A stretch of 64,000 nucleotides of DNA from a virus (Duplodnaviria > Caudoviricetes): the IMG/VR virus record IMGVR_UViG_3300037067_023527, positions 48,784-112,783 of that record; one strand, 5' to 3'. Below are positions 7,697 to 16,735 of the stretch, piece after piece. Positions within the stretch are counted from its first letter, which is position 1; every line of letters starts with the position of its first letter. The notes under the pieces were generated by a model that saw nothing but the letters and a program-made list of their open reading frames with translations, was not told the DNA's origin and searched no databases. The position numbers were made by a program, and so were the translations under genes.

Positions 7697-8278
7697 TTGA
7701 GGTTATATCACCCGTGGTACAAGGATAAGAAAAGTGGATTTATCCATCGGTCAAGTCCATGGTGGATCACCTATTACGAGAATGGAATCAGGATTCGTCG
7801 ACGTGCGACCAAGGAAGAAATAGAGAGGGAATGCGAAATGAACCTTCAGCCGGCAATACAGGAAATAAAAACTTACAAACAGGCCCTTGAGAAGAAAATT
7901 CATGATATCGATGAAGCCTTGTCGGTGCTAGAGAGGTTGAACATCGAAATGCCCTCTCAGTTAACTATCCCAAAAGAAACCCCTTTTGAGGCTGAGGTTG
8001 CCGTAACCCCCAGGGTTAATGTGGAAAAGGACAAGCAGGCTCAGAAACCTTTTCCCATGCCTCCCGCTGCATCGAGTCGGGTATCATGCGCAATGTGCCA
8101 TTGCACATTCTCAAGTCAGTCCAGCCTTGAATCTCATAACAGTATTTGTCACCCGGCCGAGGGAGAGCCTAACCATAATCCCGTTGGCAAGCATAAATGC
8201 TCGTATTGCGCTAAGAAATTCAACACTTCGGTCGGACTCAATGAGCATATTGAGCTGAGGCACGAAAAGGAGAAGTAA
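7697..8278 (+). CDS. protein with coiled coil and two classical C2H2 zinc fingers (alternative start 7838)
   Basis: CAMCHCTFSSQSSLESHNSICH and CSYCAKKFNTSVGLNEHIELRH fit C-x2-C-x3-F-x5-L-x2-H-x4-H. Confidence 0.75.
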   Translation: MRLYHPWYKDKKSGFIHRSSPWWITYYENGIRIRRRATKEEIERECEMNLQPAIQEIKTYKQALEKKIHDIDEALSVLERLNIEMPSQLTIPKETPFEAEVAVTPRVNVEKDKQAQKPFPMPPAASSRVSCAMCHCTFSSQSSLESHNSICHPAEGEPNHNPVGKHKCSYCAKKFNTSVGLNEHIELRHEKEK

Positions 8279-8629
8279 ATGCCATCAAAAAAAGGTGAAA
8301 GCGATGTATTTATGAAGGGGATACACGGAATCCGCTGGACCGGGTACAAAGAATCGCAGGACAATGTTTGTCTTATAGGACAATGGGTTGCCATAACAAA
8401 GACTGGCAAGGTGGCTTGGGCCACAACTAATGGAGTGACCTCGATCGGGGTTATGGAACGGGCAGTTGAACGATTCTATATTCCAGACCCGGAATGGAAG
8501 CCAATCAACCTATTTTCCAGCGGAGCGGAAAAAGAGGAAAGAAAACAGCAGACATTGGCTTTGCTCATTAAATTCATCGAAAGTCTTGATCCTAAGGAGT
8601 GGCATGAGGAATCGCCCGAAACTGTGTAA
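8279..8629 (+). CDS. hypothetical protein, probable paralog of 12356..12892
   Basis: Shared WTG(Y/W)K and IGQWVA motifs. Confidence 0.65.
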   Translation: MPSKKGESDVFMKGIHGIRWTGYKESQDNVCLIGQWVAITKTGKVAWATTNGVTSIGVMERAVERFYIPDPEWKPINLFSSGAEKEERKQQTLALLIKFIESLDPKEWHEESPETV

Positions 8630-8915
8630 TCGGGGACACGCTTTGGTGCAGGGGAATATTGCTCCAGACGGGACCTGTCTTAAATGCCAAGGACAATTTA
8701 TCGGCACAGGGGGGGTGCCCAATAAGGACCGCACCCATTGCATATGGGGTCACTTGTTCACGTCGACAAACGTGCGCGTGTTTAAGGATGCAGACGGCCG
8801 GGAGCATCGGAGATGCATGCAATGCGAGGCTGAGCGCGCGATCGCGCGCTACTGGAACAAGATCAAAGACGTCAAACATCCTCGGAGCACTCCGGGTCGG
8901 CCGAGAAAATATTGA
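8604..8915 (+). CDS. tandem CxxGH/CxxC zinc-binding protein with C-terminal AT-hook-like motif
   Basis: CNRGH..CLKC, THCIWGH..RRCMQC, PGRPRK; AAGGAG RBS. Confidence 0.65.
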   Translation: MRNRPKLCNRGHALVQGNIAPDGTCLKCQGQFIGTGGVPNKDRTHCIWGHLFTSTNVRVFKDADGREHRRCMQCEAERAIARYWNKIKDVKHPRSTPGRPRKY

Positions 8916-8965
8916 CTATTTGCCCTAAATAGATGTAATTTCATTGCATCGGAGAAATATTCGTC

Positions 8966-9418
8966 ATGAGTGATCTGATAATTCAGATTTCCAACAACTC
9001 AGTGCAATTATCCCTATTTTTGTTTTTTTTCGCTTTGGCCATGGCTGGATTAGCATGGTCCATCGTGGCTTTTGCCCGTTTGTTTCAGCTTCAAATTGCA
9101 ACAAATGTCGCCATCACTCGGGAGATTTCAGCCATTCAACATGCCTTGGCAGCGCCAATTCAACCTGGCGTTCCTCAGGCTACTGCCTTTGTTCCTTCGT
9201 CAGAACAAAGCCCAGCCGCCGCTCCGGTAAAAAGGGGCAAGATACCCAAAATGCCGGAAGGTGAAATAATCCTCCCAACTGATTCTGATTTAGCTGATCA
9301 GGAAACTATCAGGAATATGCGTACTCAATCCATTGTTGAACAGGGGATGTCAGATGAGTCTCTTCAGCAACACATAGAAGAGCTTAGGCAGCAGGGCTTT
9401 CCAGACGAACGGGTTTAA
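8966..9418 (+). CDS. membrane-anchored hypothetical protein
   Basis: N-terminal hydrophobic helix; GGAGA RBS. Confidence 0.65.
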   Translation: MSDLIIQISNNSVQLSLFLFFFALAMAGLAWSIVAFARLFQLQIATNVAITREISAIQHALAAPIQPGVPQATAFVPSSEQSPAAAPVKRGKIPKMPEGEIILPTDSDLADQETIRNMRTQSIVEQGMSDESLQQHIEELRQQGFPDERV

Positions 9419-9464
9419 TCGGGAGCAGCTCAGTCAACTACAGGACAAGTAATTGACGTGACGA

Positions 9465-11447
9465 TTGGCTCTACATCGCGCAAATAGAGAGCTCATTGAG
9501 CCTATCCAAAAGCTCGAAGCTCGATACGCAGAAGCCGGGAAAGATTTTCGTGCAGCGTGGAATTCGCTGGATGGGGATGATGTCGCTTTCGCTGTCCGCG
9601 AAATCAATCGTTGCCTGAAAGATCCGACTTATTATTTAGAAAACTACCATTTCATCCGCAGGAAAAACCTCACCCTCGCAACGATTTTCCCTCTGTATGA
9701 CGCTCAGCAACTTCTTCTGAATGAATTCATGAGGCAGTTCAATCTGAATGAGGCTATTAGGATCATCGTCCTGAAGGCGAGACAGATGGGGATTACAACC
9801 ATCAGCGTTGCATTTATGTGCTGGCTCGTTTTCCTCCATCCGATGTGCCATGTCATTTCCATGAGCGACACAGAGGACAAGGTGGAGATGAATTTCGGCA
9901 TGGCCAGGACCGCCTATAAATTGTTGCCATGGTGGATGAAGCCGGAAAAGCGGTACGATCAAATGCCCATCCTGCTCGGGTTCGATCGCATCAAGTCTGA
10001 GGACCGCGAGGAATCTCCCGGACTGGAAGCAAAACTGTTCTTTGAATCTGCGAATAAACCCTCCGGAGCTGCATACTCCAAATCTCTCTATGGAGCTCAC
10101 CTGGCTGAGATCGGCCGGTACAACAACGCGAAACCGATCACTGAAGGGATTTTTGGTTCCCTGGTTGGATTCGCGCACTCGGTAGGCATTCTCGAGGGCA
10201 CCGCTCAAGGCCGGCACACGATTTTCCATAAACTCTGGAAAAAAGCTGAAGAGGGAAAGTTCTGGGCGCCCGTCTTCATGGAATGGTTTCGAGAGGCCGG
10301 ATATACAATGGCTGTGCCGGCGAACTTCCAGAGAACCTATGAAGAAAAAATGATTGTCCAAAAGGTCGAGGAAGAGTGCCAATACAAACTGAGCGATGGC
10401 CAATTGATGTGGCGCCGTGAAAAATATTCCGAATTTGAAGCGGCCGGAGAGGAAGAAGCCTTCCCCCAGGAATTCCCTCTCACTCCGGAAGAAGCGTTTG
10501 TTTCTAGCGGACTGACCGCATTTCCTAAAAAACGTCTCAAAGAGATGCTTTTGAACTTCGGCCGAAAGGCGAAATGGATCGGAGAAATAAAACTCGATCA
10601 GAAGGACAACAGAACTCCAATTCTTTGGCCGTATCTTGAAGGCAATTTCCAAATGTGGGAATTTCCTCAAGCCGGCATGAAGTATCAGGTTGGAGCTGAT
10701 TGCGCTCTGGGAATCGATGGAGCCGATTATTCCTGCGCTCAGGTTTACGCGATCCCGGACGATATTAAACAACCTCTTCGCCAGGTTGCGCGCTGGCGCG
10801 GGTACATGCCTCCGACAGAGTATGCCCGGGTGCTGTGCGCGATCGGGTATCTTTACAACGGCGCCGAACTCGCCCCGGAATGCAACAAGATCGATTCTGT
10901 GGCTTCGGATGCGTCCAAAGTCATCATGTATCCCAGCGTGTATCGATGGATACGCGAGGACAAAATCAAAAATCAGCAGTCGATGTTCATCGGCTGGCTC
11001 ACCACCAACAAAACCAAAAACGGCCTTATCGGCCGCATGCGCGATGCTCTTCTGGGTTGGACCGTCATTATCCGATGCCCGGAAGATATAGACGAAATGT
11101 TTGATTTTGTTGAGACTGATCCCGGATCCAACACATTTGGCGCCCGGGAAGGCGCCCATGATGATACCGTCATGGCCAACTTAATTGCATATTACACAGC
11201 CGTCCAGCTCCGGCCGAGATGGGCGATCGATGAAGATGCGGATCAAAAGGAACTCCACTGCAGCAAATGCCACAAAATCATTTTAGGCACCAAGCCCGGC
11301 ATCAGATGCACTGTACCCGGGTGCGATGGAATCCTCGAGGAAGGACCGAAAGCGGATTTCCAAAATACGGATTATTCGCCGATTTATGACAAGGAAGGTC
11401 AAGACAACGACCCAATGGCAGGAACGCCCAGCTTTATGGAGTTATAA
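9465..11447 (+). CDS. terL: terminase large subunit
   Basis: Walker A LKARQMGITT, Walker B-like AHLAE, coupling motif EGTAQG, nuclease GADCALG..DYS and HDDTVMA; upstream of portal. Confidence 0.93.
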   Translation: MALHRANRELIEPIQKLEARYAEAGKDFRAAWNSLDGDDVAFAVREINRCLKDPTYYLENYHFIRRKNLTLATIFPLYDAQQLLLNEFMRQFNLNEAIRIIVLKARQMGITTISVAFMCWLVFLHPMCHVISMSDTEDKVEMNFGMARTAYKLLPWWMKPEKRYDQMPILLGFDRIKSEDREESPGLEAKLFFESANKPSGAAYSKSLYGAHLAEIGRYNNAKPITEGIFGSLVGFAHSVGILEGTAQGRHTIFHKLWKKAEEGKFWAPVFMEWFREAGYTMAVPANFQRTYEEKMIVQKVEEECQYKLSDGQLMWRREKYSEFEAAGEEEAFPQEFPLTPEEAFVSSGLTAFPKKRLKEMLLNFGRKAKWIGEIKLDQKDNRTPILWPYLEGNFQMWEFPQAGMKYQVGADCALGIDGADYSCAQVYAIPDDIKQPLRQVARWRGYMPPTEYARVLCAIGYLYNGAELAPECNKIDSVASDASKVIMYPSVYRWIREDKIKNQQSMFIGWLTTNKTKNGLIGRMRDALLGWTVIIRCPEDIDEMFDFVETDPGSNTFGAREGAHDDTVMANLIAYYTAVQLRPRWAIDEDADQKELHCSKCHKIILGTKPGIRCTVPGCDGILEEGPKADFQNTDYSPIYDKEGQDNDPMAGTPSFMEL

Positions 11448-11449
11448 CC

Positions 11450-12070
11450 ATGCCTAAACCTTCAGCGCCCGGACCAACGCTTTGTCCGGATTGTTTTCTG
11501 TTCCAGGGTATCGATACGCCTATCATTTCTCGCGCCGGAGCCACGTTGCGATGCTCAGCCGGGCATACGTGGCCGGGCAATGATGTTGTGTCAGATATGG
11601 AGATTTTCCAGCAACGACAAGATCTCGCCCGTAAGAAACGGGCTGCAGTCGAAGCCCAGAGCAATCCGAATGCTGTCCAAGAACCAGTAGAAACCACAAA
11701 AATTGGGGTTGCTCCTGGGTTGGGCAGACAGATTGCAATCAACGAGGAAGACCACGATCGAATAGCCAAGTTGATTGGCGAGTTCGGCGACGGAGCCACC
11801 CTGTATGGCACGATCATGTCGCTCACAATGGACCTGAAAGGCGTTCAGGATGAACTCAATAAAGCGCGCAAAGCCGCGGCGCCCGGAGCAGCCGCTGCGC
11901 TCAATCCAAAACTTGAACTTCTGGCCACTGGGGATCTGCCGGTTACGATCATCGTTCCGGAAAGATACGTCCAGCCGCTGAAGGACATTGCAGAGGCCAA
12001 CAGTTGCGAGGTCCCCGACTATATGAATTCAGTCATTGCCAATGGGTTTGACGGGGGTTGGTTCTTCTGA
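11450..12070 (+). CDS. zinc-ribbon, coiled-coil and ribbon-helix-helix-like protein
   Basis: CPDC..CSAGH; C-terminal VTIIVPERYVQPLKDIAEANSCEVPDYM. Confidence 0.6.
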   Translation: MPKPSAPGPTLCPDCFLFQGIDTPIISRAGATLRCSAGHTWPGNDVVSDMEIFQQRQDLARKKRAAVEAQSNPNAVQEPVETTKIGVAPGLGRQIAINEEDHDRIAKLIGEFGDGATLYGTIMSLTMDLKGVQDELNKARKAAAPGAAAALNPKLELLATGDLPVTIIVPERYVQPLKDIAEANSCEVPDYMNSVIANGFDGGWFF

Positions 12071-12077
12071 GTTAAAT

Positions 12078-12359
12078 ATGTGCAAACACGGGACATATGG
12101 AACGGTCAAAATAGATGGCGTATCGCTTAATACAGTAGACGCTTGCATTGTTCCAATAGTGCAGGCGCTTAACGATTCCGGGTTTAAAACGATTGCTTCA
12201 TGCTGTGGTCACGGGAATATGCCTGGATCAATTGCTTTGAGAGACGGCCGGGAAATACTCATAGCCCGTAACTACGATGAAGCAAGAAAGATGGAGAGTG
12301 TTTGTCCGACCGATATTCATGGAGTTACCAGAAGGAAATTTATAGGAGAATCCAAATGA
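12078..12359 (+). CDS. phage hypothetical protein
   Basis: VDACIVPIVQALN..TIASCCGHG motif. Confidence 0.7.
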   Translation: MCKHGTYGTVKIDGVSLNTVDACIVPIVQALNDSGFKTIASCCGHGNMPGSIALRDGREILIARNYDEARKMESVCPTDIHGVTRRKFIGESK

Positions 12360-12892
12360 TAGATCCTAACAAAGAAGCAAATTTGCGTCCGCTCAGTCCC
12401 GGATGCACCCCTAATCCCAGCATGGATCATCCAATTATGCACCGTGGATGGAATATCTATAAATGGACAGGATGGAAAGGTAACACGTCGATCTTCGAAG
12501 ACGCCGATCATGTGACTAATAGATTCCCGGTCAAATGTTCAGAATGCGGCAAACCCTTTCAGGCTGGAGACCGGTTTATCGAAACCCAGGCGACCGACAA
12601 TATTTTCCACTTCGAATGCTCCAATAGCCAAATTAAGGGACAAATGATCGGGCAGTGGGTGGCTTTTAAATTGGGAGCCAACAAAGACCATAGCGATGAT
12701 CAATTTGCATACGCCGGCGTTCCTGGTAATCAAGGTCCCTTTAATAGGGGGGATGCATTTTTGGTTATTCCTCAAGGTTTGCAGGAGGCATTATATCCTG
12801 ACACGCCTCAGGAAAAATTAGAACAAGCGCGCGAAGAAGGCCTCGTCAGACTCAAAGCGGTGATCGATGAGATAGAAAACGCAGCCAATTGA
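12356..12892 (+). CDS. hypothetical protein with inserted C-x2-C-x20-H-x2-C finger
   Basis: AGGAG RBS; CSEC..HFEC; paralog motifs with 8279..8629. Confidence 0.65.
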   Translation: MIDPNKEANLRPLSPGCTPNPSMDHPIMHRGWNIYKWTGWKGNTSIFEDADHVTNRFPVKCSECGKPFQAGDRFIETQATDNIFHFECSNSQIKGQMIGQWVAFKLGANKDHSDDQFAYAGVPGNQGPFNRGDAFLVIPQGLQEALYPDTPQEKLEQAREEGLVRLKAVIDEIENAAN

Positions 12893-12939
12893 CGTAGGGA
12901 CTTGACATCAGTCGCGCACAATAATTGAGGAGGTTCGCC

Positions 12940-13323
12940 ATGCCTATGTATGAGGCGGAGTGCACCGTCTGCAAAAGCTATTTTGAGTATTATTCCGCTC
13001 ACATTACGGAATTCACCAATCCATGCCCTAAGTGCGGTGGAAAAGCAGATAGGCTTTTTAGCACCTACAGCCCAAAATTTTTCACCCCGTTTACGACCCG
13101 GAATATAGATCCGTCTGGAATGCCGATTCTCGTCAAATCTCAGAGGCAACTTTCCAGTCTGTGCAACGAACATAAACTCATTCACCACGACGATCCGAAG
13201 TGGCAGCCAAAACCGCGCCAGGCGCCCAATATCCATGATGCATTTGGGTCCAAGGATTTGGCTGAAGCACTCCGCGGCGTTGAAGGTGGAGCCTGCAGGC
13301 AGGAGGAACTTCTTGCCCCCTAA
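12940..13323 (+). CDS. FmdB-like zinc-ribbon protein
   Basis: MPMYEAECTVC..CPKCGG..RLFS; GAGGAGG RBS. Confidence 0.8.
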   Translation: MPMYEAECTVCKSYFEYYSAHITEFTNPCPKCGGKADRLFSTYSPKFFTPFTTRNIDPSGMPILVKSQRQLSSLCNEHKLIHHDDPKWQPKPRQAPNIHDAFGSKDLAEALRGVEGGACRQEELLAP

Positions 13324-13335
13324 GAGAAAGCTATT

Positions 13336-15204
13336 ATGACTCTTCCGGCTTGGTTTTCATTTGATTATGCTGGCAATCACACTGTCGACACCCTTAAAAA
13401 CCATCAGGTTTATACCCGTCGATGGTGCAACTCGGTTTACGATGAAGCCAAAGTTGAGCAGGAGCAATGCGAAGAGATCATCGAGATCGACAAGCACATT
13501 CGCTATCTGATGGGAAAACAATGGCCAGAGAAGAGGCCTACGTACAAAGCCAGCCCGGTTGCCAACCGAACATGGACGAACATGATCCAGTTGGTTTCCT
13601 ATCTGACCGATATCCGGCAGTCGTTCGAAGTCCAGGCCCGAGACCGTTCCTACAATAACACGGCCGAAAAGCTCAACAGAATGGCCAGGTCGTGGTTTGT
13701 CGATAATGACGTCGACGTGACTACCGCCATGGTAATCATCTATTCCGCACTGACAACAGGATATGCGCGTCAGGTGTGGAATCAGGATCTTAATTCCGGA
13801 GAGGGCGATATTGAATTAACCGCCTGTGGACCTCTGGATGTGATGCCGATCAAACCCAGCCAAAAACTCCAGGATGCATACGGGCTTATTTACGAAAAGC
13901 CGATGCCGCTTGCATGGTTTCAAGAAAAGTTTCCAATTTTCGGAGACCTTGTAAGACCGGATGAGCGGTATAGCCGGTACAAAGGACGAACGACCTCTTT
14001 CGCCAATCAAGCTTTCTGGTACCTTGGGGCGGCATATCGAAGATTATTTGGATTGACGGAAAACCCCACCGTTTCCTCTGTCATTCCAATGGGCAGATAT
14101 CGGGAGTTTTGGCTGAAGGACCATAGCATTAATACCTCCAACGTAGAAGTTTATGTCGGAGATATGACCAAGGGCACCGGGTATTTTGTTCAACCGCGCG
14201 GCCGGCTATATCCACGCGGCCGGCTGATCATCATGGGTGGAGATGTGGTGCTTTTTGATGGTCCCAACCCCTTTTGGCATGGACGGTTCCCGTTCTCAGC
14301 TCTGCGCATCAACCAAGTGCCCTGGCAATGGCCGGGCGTCTCTGAATTTAGAAACCAGATACCGATGCAGGATGTCATGAACAACATCCTGGCCGGCATT
14401 CTGGATATGGTGAAAAAGGCAGTCAATCCGCCGATGAGCGCCCCCCTGAATGCTTTCTCTGACGCAATGCGTAAAACCATGGATCCCAACATGCCGGGCG
14501 CCAGACTCTATTACAATCCAGGAGCTGGGCAACCGCCTACTTGGGCTCAGATCGCGCAGCTTCCATCGTTTGTGTTCGAAACCATGATGTATGCCCGCGA
14601 GGAACTGACCGCCCAAACCGGTTTCATTGACCCGTCCGCGGCAATGAACAAAAAGATCATTCCATCGGCAGATACGCTCGAGTCTCTTGGACAGAACCAA
14701 CAAACCCTGGTCCGTTTGAAGGTGAGATACATTGAAGCCTTCTTCCGCGAGGTTGGAGAACAGTGGGTGGCCAATTCGTTTCAGTATCTGCGAGTGAAAC
14801 GCAGGATTCTTTCCATGGGCCTCGATGGTCTCATATGGACTGATTGGACTTGGGATCCGAGAGAAATTACTCCAGAGCCTCTCAATCCATATGATCACTG
14901 GAGAAGTTATAAGTGGACCGTCATGCCAGGATCATTGTTGAAGAGCTCGAGAGAGCCCGATCAGGCAAAAGCAATGAGACTGCGCCAGCAAGGAGACATG
15001 GATCGCAAGAATCTCTACAAGATCCTCGACCTTGAATCTCTTACTGAGTCTGTGGAACGTAACCTTAAGGCTGAAGGCGCCGATATTTTGACCAATATGC
15101 TACGTCAAAAGATGTCCATGACGGCGGGCGGCGGCGGGTTGAGTCCCGAGGCGCTTGAACAGCTAAATCAGGCAACGACTGCACGTCCGGAGCCAATAAA
15201 TTAA
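13336..15204 (+). CDS. portal protein (P22-like podoviral type)
   Basis: 622 aa between terL and scaffold/capsid; NPFWHGRFPF..WPGVSE..QDVMN segment typical of these portals. Confidence 0.82.
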   Translation: MTLPAWFSFDYAGNHTVDTLKNHQVYTRRWCNSVYDEAKVEQEQCEEIIEIDKHIRYLMGKQWPEKRPTYKASPVANRTWTNMIQLVSYLTDIRQSFEVQARDRSYNNTAEKLNRMARSWFVDNDVDVTTAMVIIYSALTTGYARQVWNQDLNSGEGDIELTACGPLDVMPIKPSQKLQDAYGLIYEKPMPLAWFQEKFPIFGDLVRPDERYSRYKGRTTSFANQAFWYLGAAYRRLFGLTENPTVSSVIPMGRYREFWLKDHSINTSNVEVYVGDMTKGTGYFVQPRGRLYPRGRLIIMGGDVVLFDGPNPFWHGRFPFSALRINQVPWQWPGVSEFRNQIPMQDVMNNILAGILDMVKKAVNPPMSAPLNAFSDAMRKTMDPNMPGARLYYNPGAGQPPTWAQIAQLPSFVFETMMYAREELTAQTGFIDPSAAMNKKIIPSADTLESLGQNQQTLVRLKVRYIEAFFREVGEQWVANSFQYLRVKRRILSMGLDGLIWTDWTWDPREITPEPLNPYDHWRSYKWTVMPGSLLKSSREPDQAKAMRLRQQGDMDRKNLYKILDLESLTESVERNLKAEGADILTNMLRQKMSMTAGGGGLSPEALEQLNQATTARPEPIN

Positions 15205-15217
15205 TGCGGGGATAAAA

Positions 15218-15601
15218 ATGCCAGGAATTGTCTTGTCCGCTAATCCGATAGGAACGACTTCACGTCCGGCTCATTTTGAATATTACAACCATTATGACGA
15301 GGTAGATCTCGGCTTCGGAAAAAAGAAACGCGTCCGAACACGCATGCAACGTCACGTACCCGCCTGCGAGGCCGTTATCTTTATTTGCCCTGCTTCCAGA
15401 TGCGGCAAAAGAAACGAGCAATCGATTCTGCGCGCCAAGGCGTCTATCGGAGAAACTCTTAGTTTTACCTGTGCAAAATGCGGCCGTGAAATAGAAGTCT
15501 CGAAGCCCAAGCCAAAACTACAGGCGATCGTTGTACCCGGTATAGAAAAAGCGAAGCCATTCGGATTGGTCGATCCTTCTGGCCGGCCAATTCATTCATA
15601 G
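15218..15601 (+). CDS. zinc-ribbon hypothetical protein
   Basis: CPASRC..CAKC. Confidence 0.6.
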   Translation: MPGIVLSANPIGTTSRPAHFEYYNHYDEVDLGFGKKKRVRTRMQRHVPACEAVIFICPASRCGKRNEQSILRAKASIGETLSFTCAKCGREIEVSKPKPKLQAIVVPGIEKAKPFGLVDPSGRPIHS

Positions 15602-15609
15602 GAGAGTTT

Positions 15610-15816
15610 ATGGCCGAAAAATGGATCCAGGGCGCAATCAAGAAGCCTGGAAGCTTTACAGCTTCTGCAAAAAAAGCCGGTAAATCTGTGGCTGAATACG
15701 CGCAAGAAAAGAAGGGCGCCAAGGGAGCTATTGGTCGCCGCGCGCGTTTGGCCAATACACTGCGGAAGCTTGGTAGAAAGCGGTCGCGAAGCAAATCACG
15801 CGGCGGATCGAGATAA
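15610..15816 (+). CDS. small basic head-region protein
   Basis: KWIQGAIKKPG..RRARLANTLRKL; GGAG RBS. Confidence 0.8.
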   Translation: MAEKWIQGAIKKPGSFTASAKKAGKSVAEYAQEKKGAKGAIGRRARLANTLRKLGRKRSRSKSRGGSR

Positions 15817-15895
15817 TTTTAAAGAAATTTTCGAGGGGACTTGACAAGGCTTTGAGAGAATCAAATCTGACGAAAGATATTCTCCCGATAAGCAA

Positions 15896-15935
15896 TGCGG
15901 GAGGAAAACTTTTACTTGTCCGTTTTCCTCTCGCA
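15896..15935 (+). promoter_or_regulatory. 14-bp leader hairpin upstream of the DUF6496-like gene
   Basis: TGCGGGAGGAAAAC / GTTTTCCTCTCGCA. Confidence 0.5.
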
Positions 15936-15952
15936 AAGCTTTTGGAGGCCCA

Positions 15953-16183
15953 ATGCCGAAATTAACGCCAAGTGCATCGAAGTCAGCCAAAAAAGAACGG
16001 ATGCACGAGGAGATGAAGAAATTCTCCGAGGGTAAGATGCATAGCGGCTCCAAGACAGGCCCAACCGTAACCTCGCGGGCGCAGGCGATCGCGATTGGAC
16101 TCAACGAATCTGGTCAGTCAAAAAAAGATCGCGGCAAGAGACGGAAGAACAGAAGCAACAATAGATCTTCGGGGAGGAGATAA
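15953..16183 (+). CDS. DUF6496-like small basic protein
   Basis: GKMHSGS..VTSRAQAIAIGLNE. Confidence 0.8.
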   Translation: MPKLTPSASKSAKKERMHEEMKKFSEGKMHSGSKTGPTVTSRAQAIAIGLNESGQSKKDRGKRRKNRSNNRSSGRR

Positions 16184-16509
16184 TGCCGAAAACAGCCGAT
16201 GAATATATTGCTTCTGCCGATAAAAAATTGGAGCGAATCAGAGAACTCGGCGCCAAATCAGAACAGCGTTGGCTGGCCATTGGTCCCAAAAAGCGATTGA
16301 CCCCAGAGGACCGAATGGAGCAGAGACTTCTTTCTCAGAACGAACTTCTGGACCGTTCAAGAGGGATGCAGCTCAAACGCGCGGAGCGGGAAAAATCAGG
16401 AATGCGTAAGGGCGGACAGGTTCGCGCAACCGGGAAGCGCACTCTTCATAAGGGAGAGATGGTAGCCCGCAAGGCGCGCCGAACCAATTACAGGGGCGGC
16501 GGGCGATAA
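16183..16509 (+). CDS. basic head-region protein
   Basis: GGAGGAG RBS; KGGQVRATG..LHKGE. Confidence 0.7.
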   Translation: MPKTADEYIASADKKLERIRELGAKSEQRWLAIGPKKRLTPEDRMEQRLLSQNELLDRSRGMQLKRAEREKSGMRKGGQVRATGKRTLHKGEMVARKARRTNYRGGGR

Positions 16510-16558
16510 CGAATTTCGGGAGAATGCTTTTCAGGGTGTATTCACAAAGGAGAAAGCG

Positions 16559-16732
16559 ATGCCGGATAAAGTAGGATCTGCAAACGAGCCTTCCAGTGGA
16601 CAGGGAATCCAGGGTGACGGGACTGCCCTTAAGGGACAGTACGATAGCCCGGGAACTCATGTTCCGTTGGATAGGACTCCACACAATGTTGAATCGACTA
16701 TCCCTCCCAACAAAGGGGGCGGAAAGGACTAA
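16559..16732 (+). CDS. small hypothetical protein (57 aa, not in ORF track)
   Basis: AAGGAG RBS; MPDKVGSANEP..PPNKGGGKD. Confidence 0.65.
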   Translation: MPDKVGSANEPSSGQGIQGDGTALKGQYDSPGTHVPLDRTPHNVESTIPPNKGGGKD

Positions 16733-16735
16733 GCC

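Noticed and set aside
9005-9019. QLSLF clamp-binding motif in ORF 8966
   Set aside because: Lies at the start of a hydrophobic TM helix; likely coincidental
9395-9452. Possible +1 frameshift extending ORF 8966 (FQTNGFNREQLSQLQDK)
   Set aside because: Only a short open stretch with no stimulatory element; cannot be supported
9636-11159. 507-aa minus-strand ORF, and similar ones at 19037..20005, 41907..42755 and 47265..48023
   Set aside because: Antisense shadows of well-supported genes, with no recognisable motifs
15868-15925. Possible hammerhead ribozyme (CTGACGA..GAAA)
   Set aside because: Stem II is displaced by 8 nt, stem I cannot form, and a simple 14-bp hairpin explains the region
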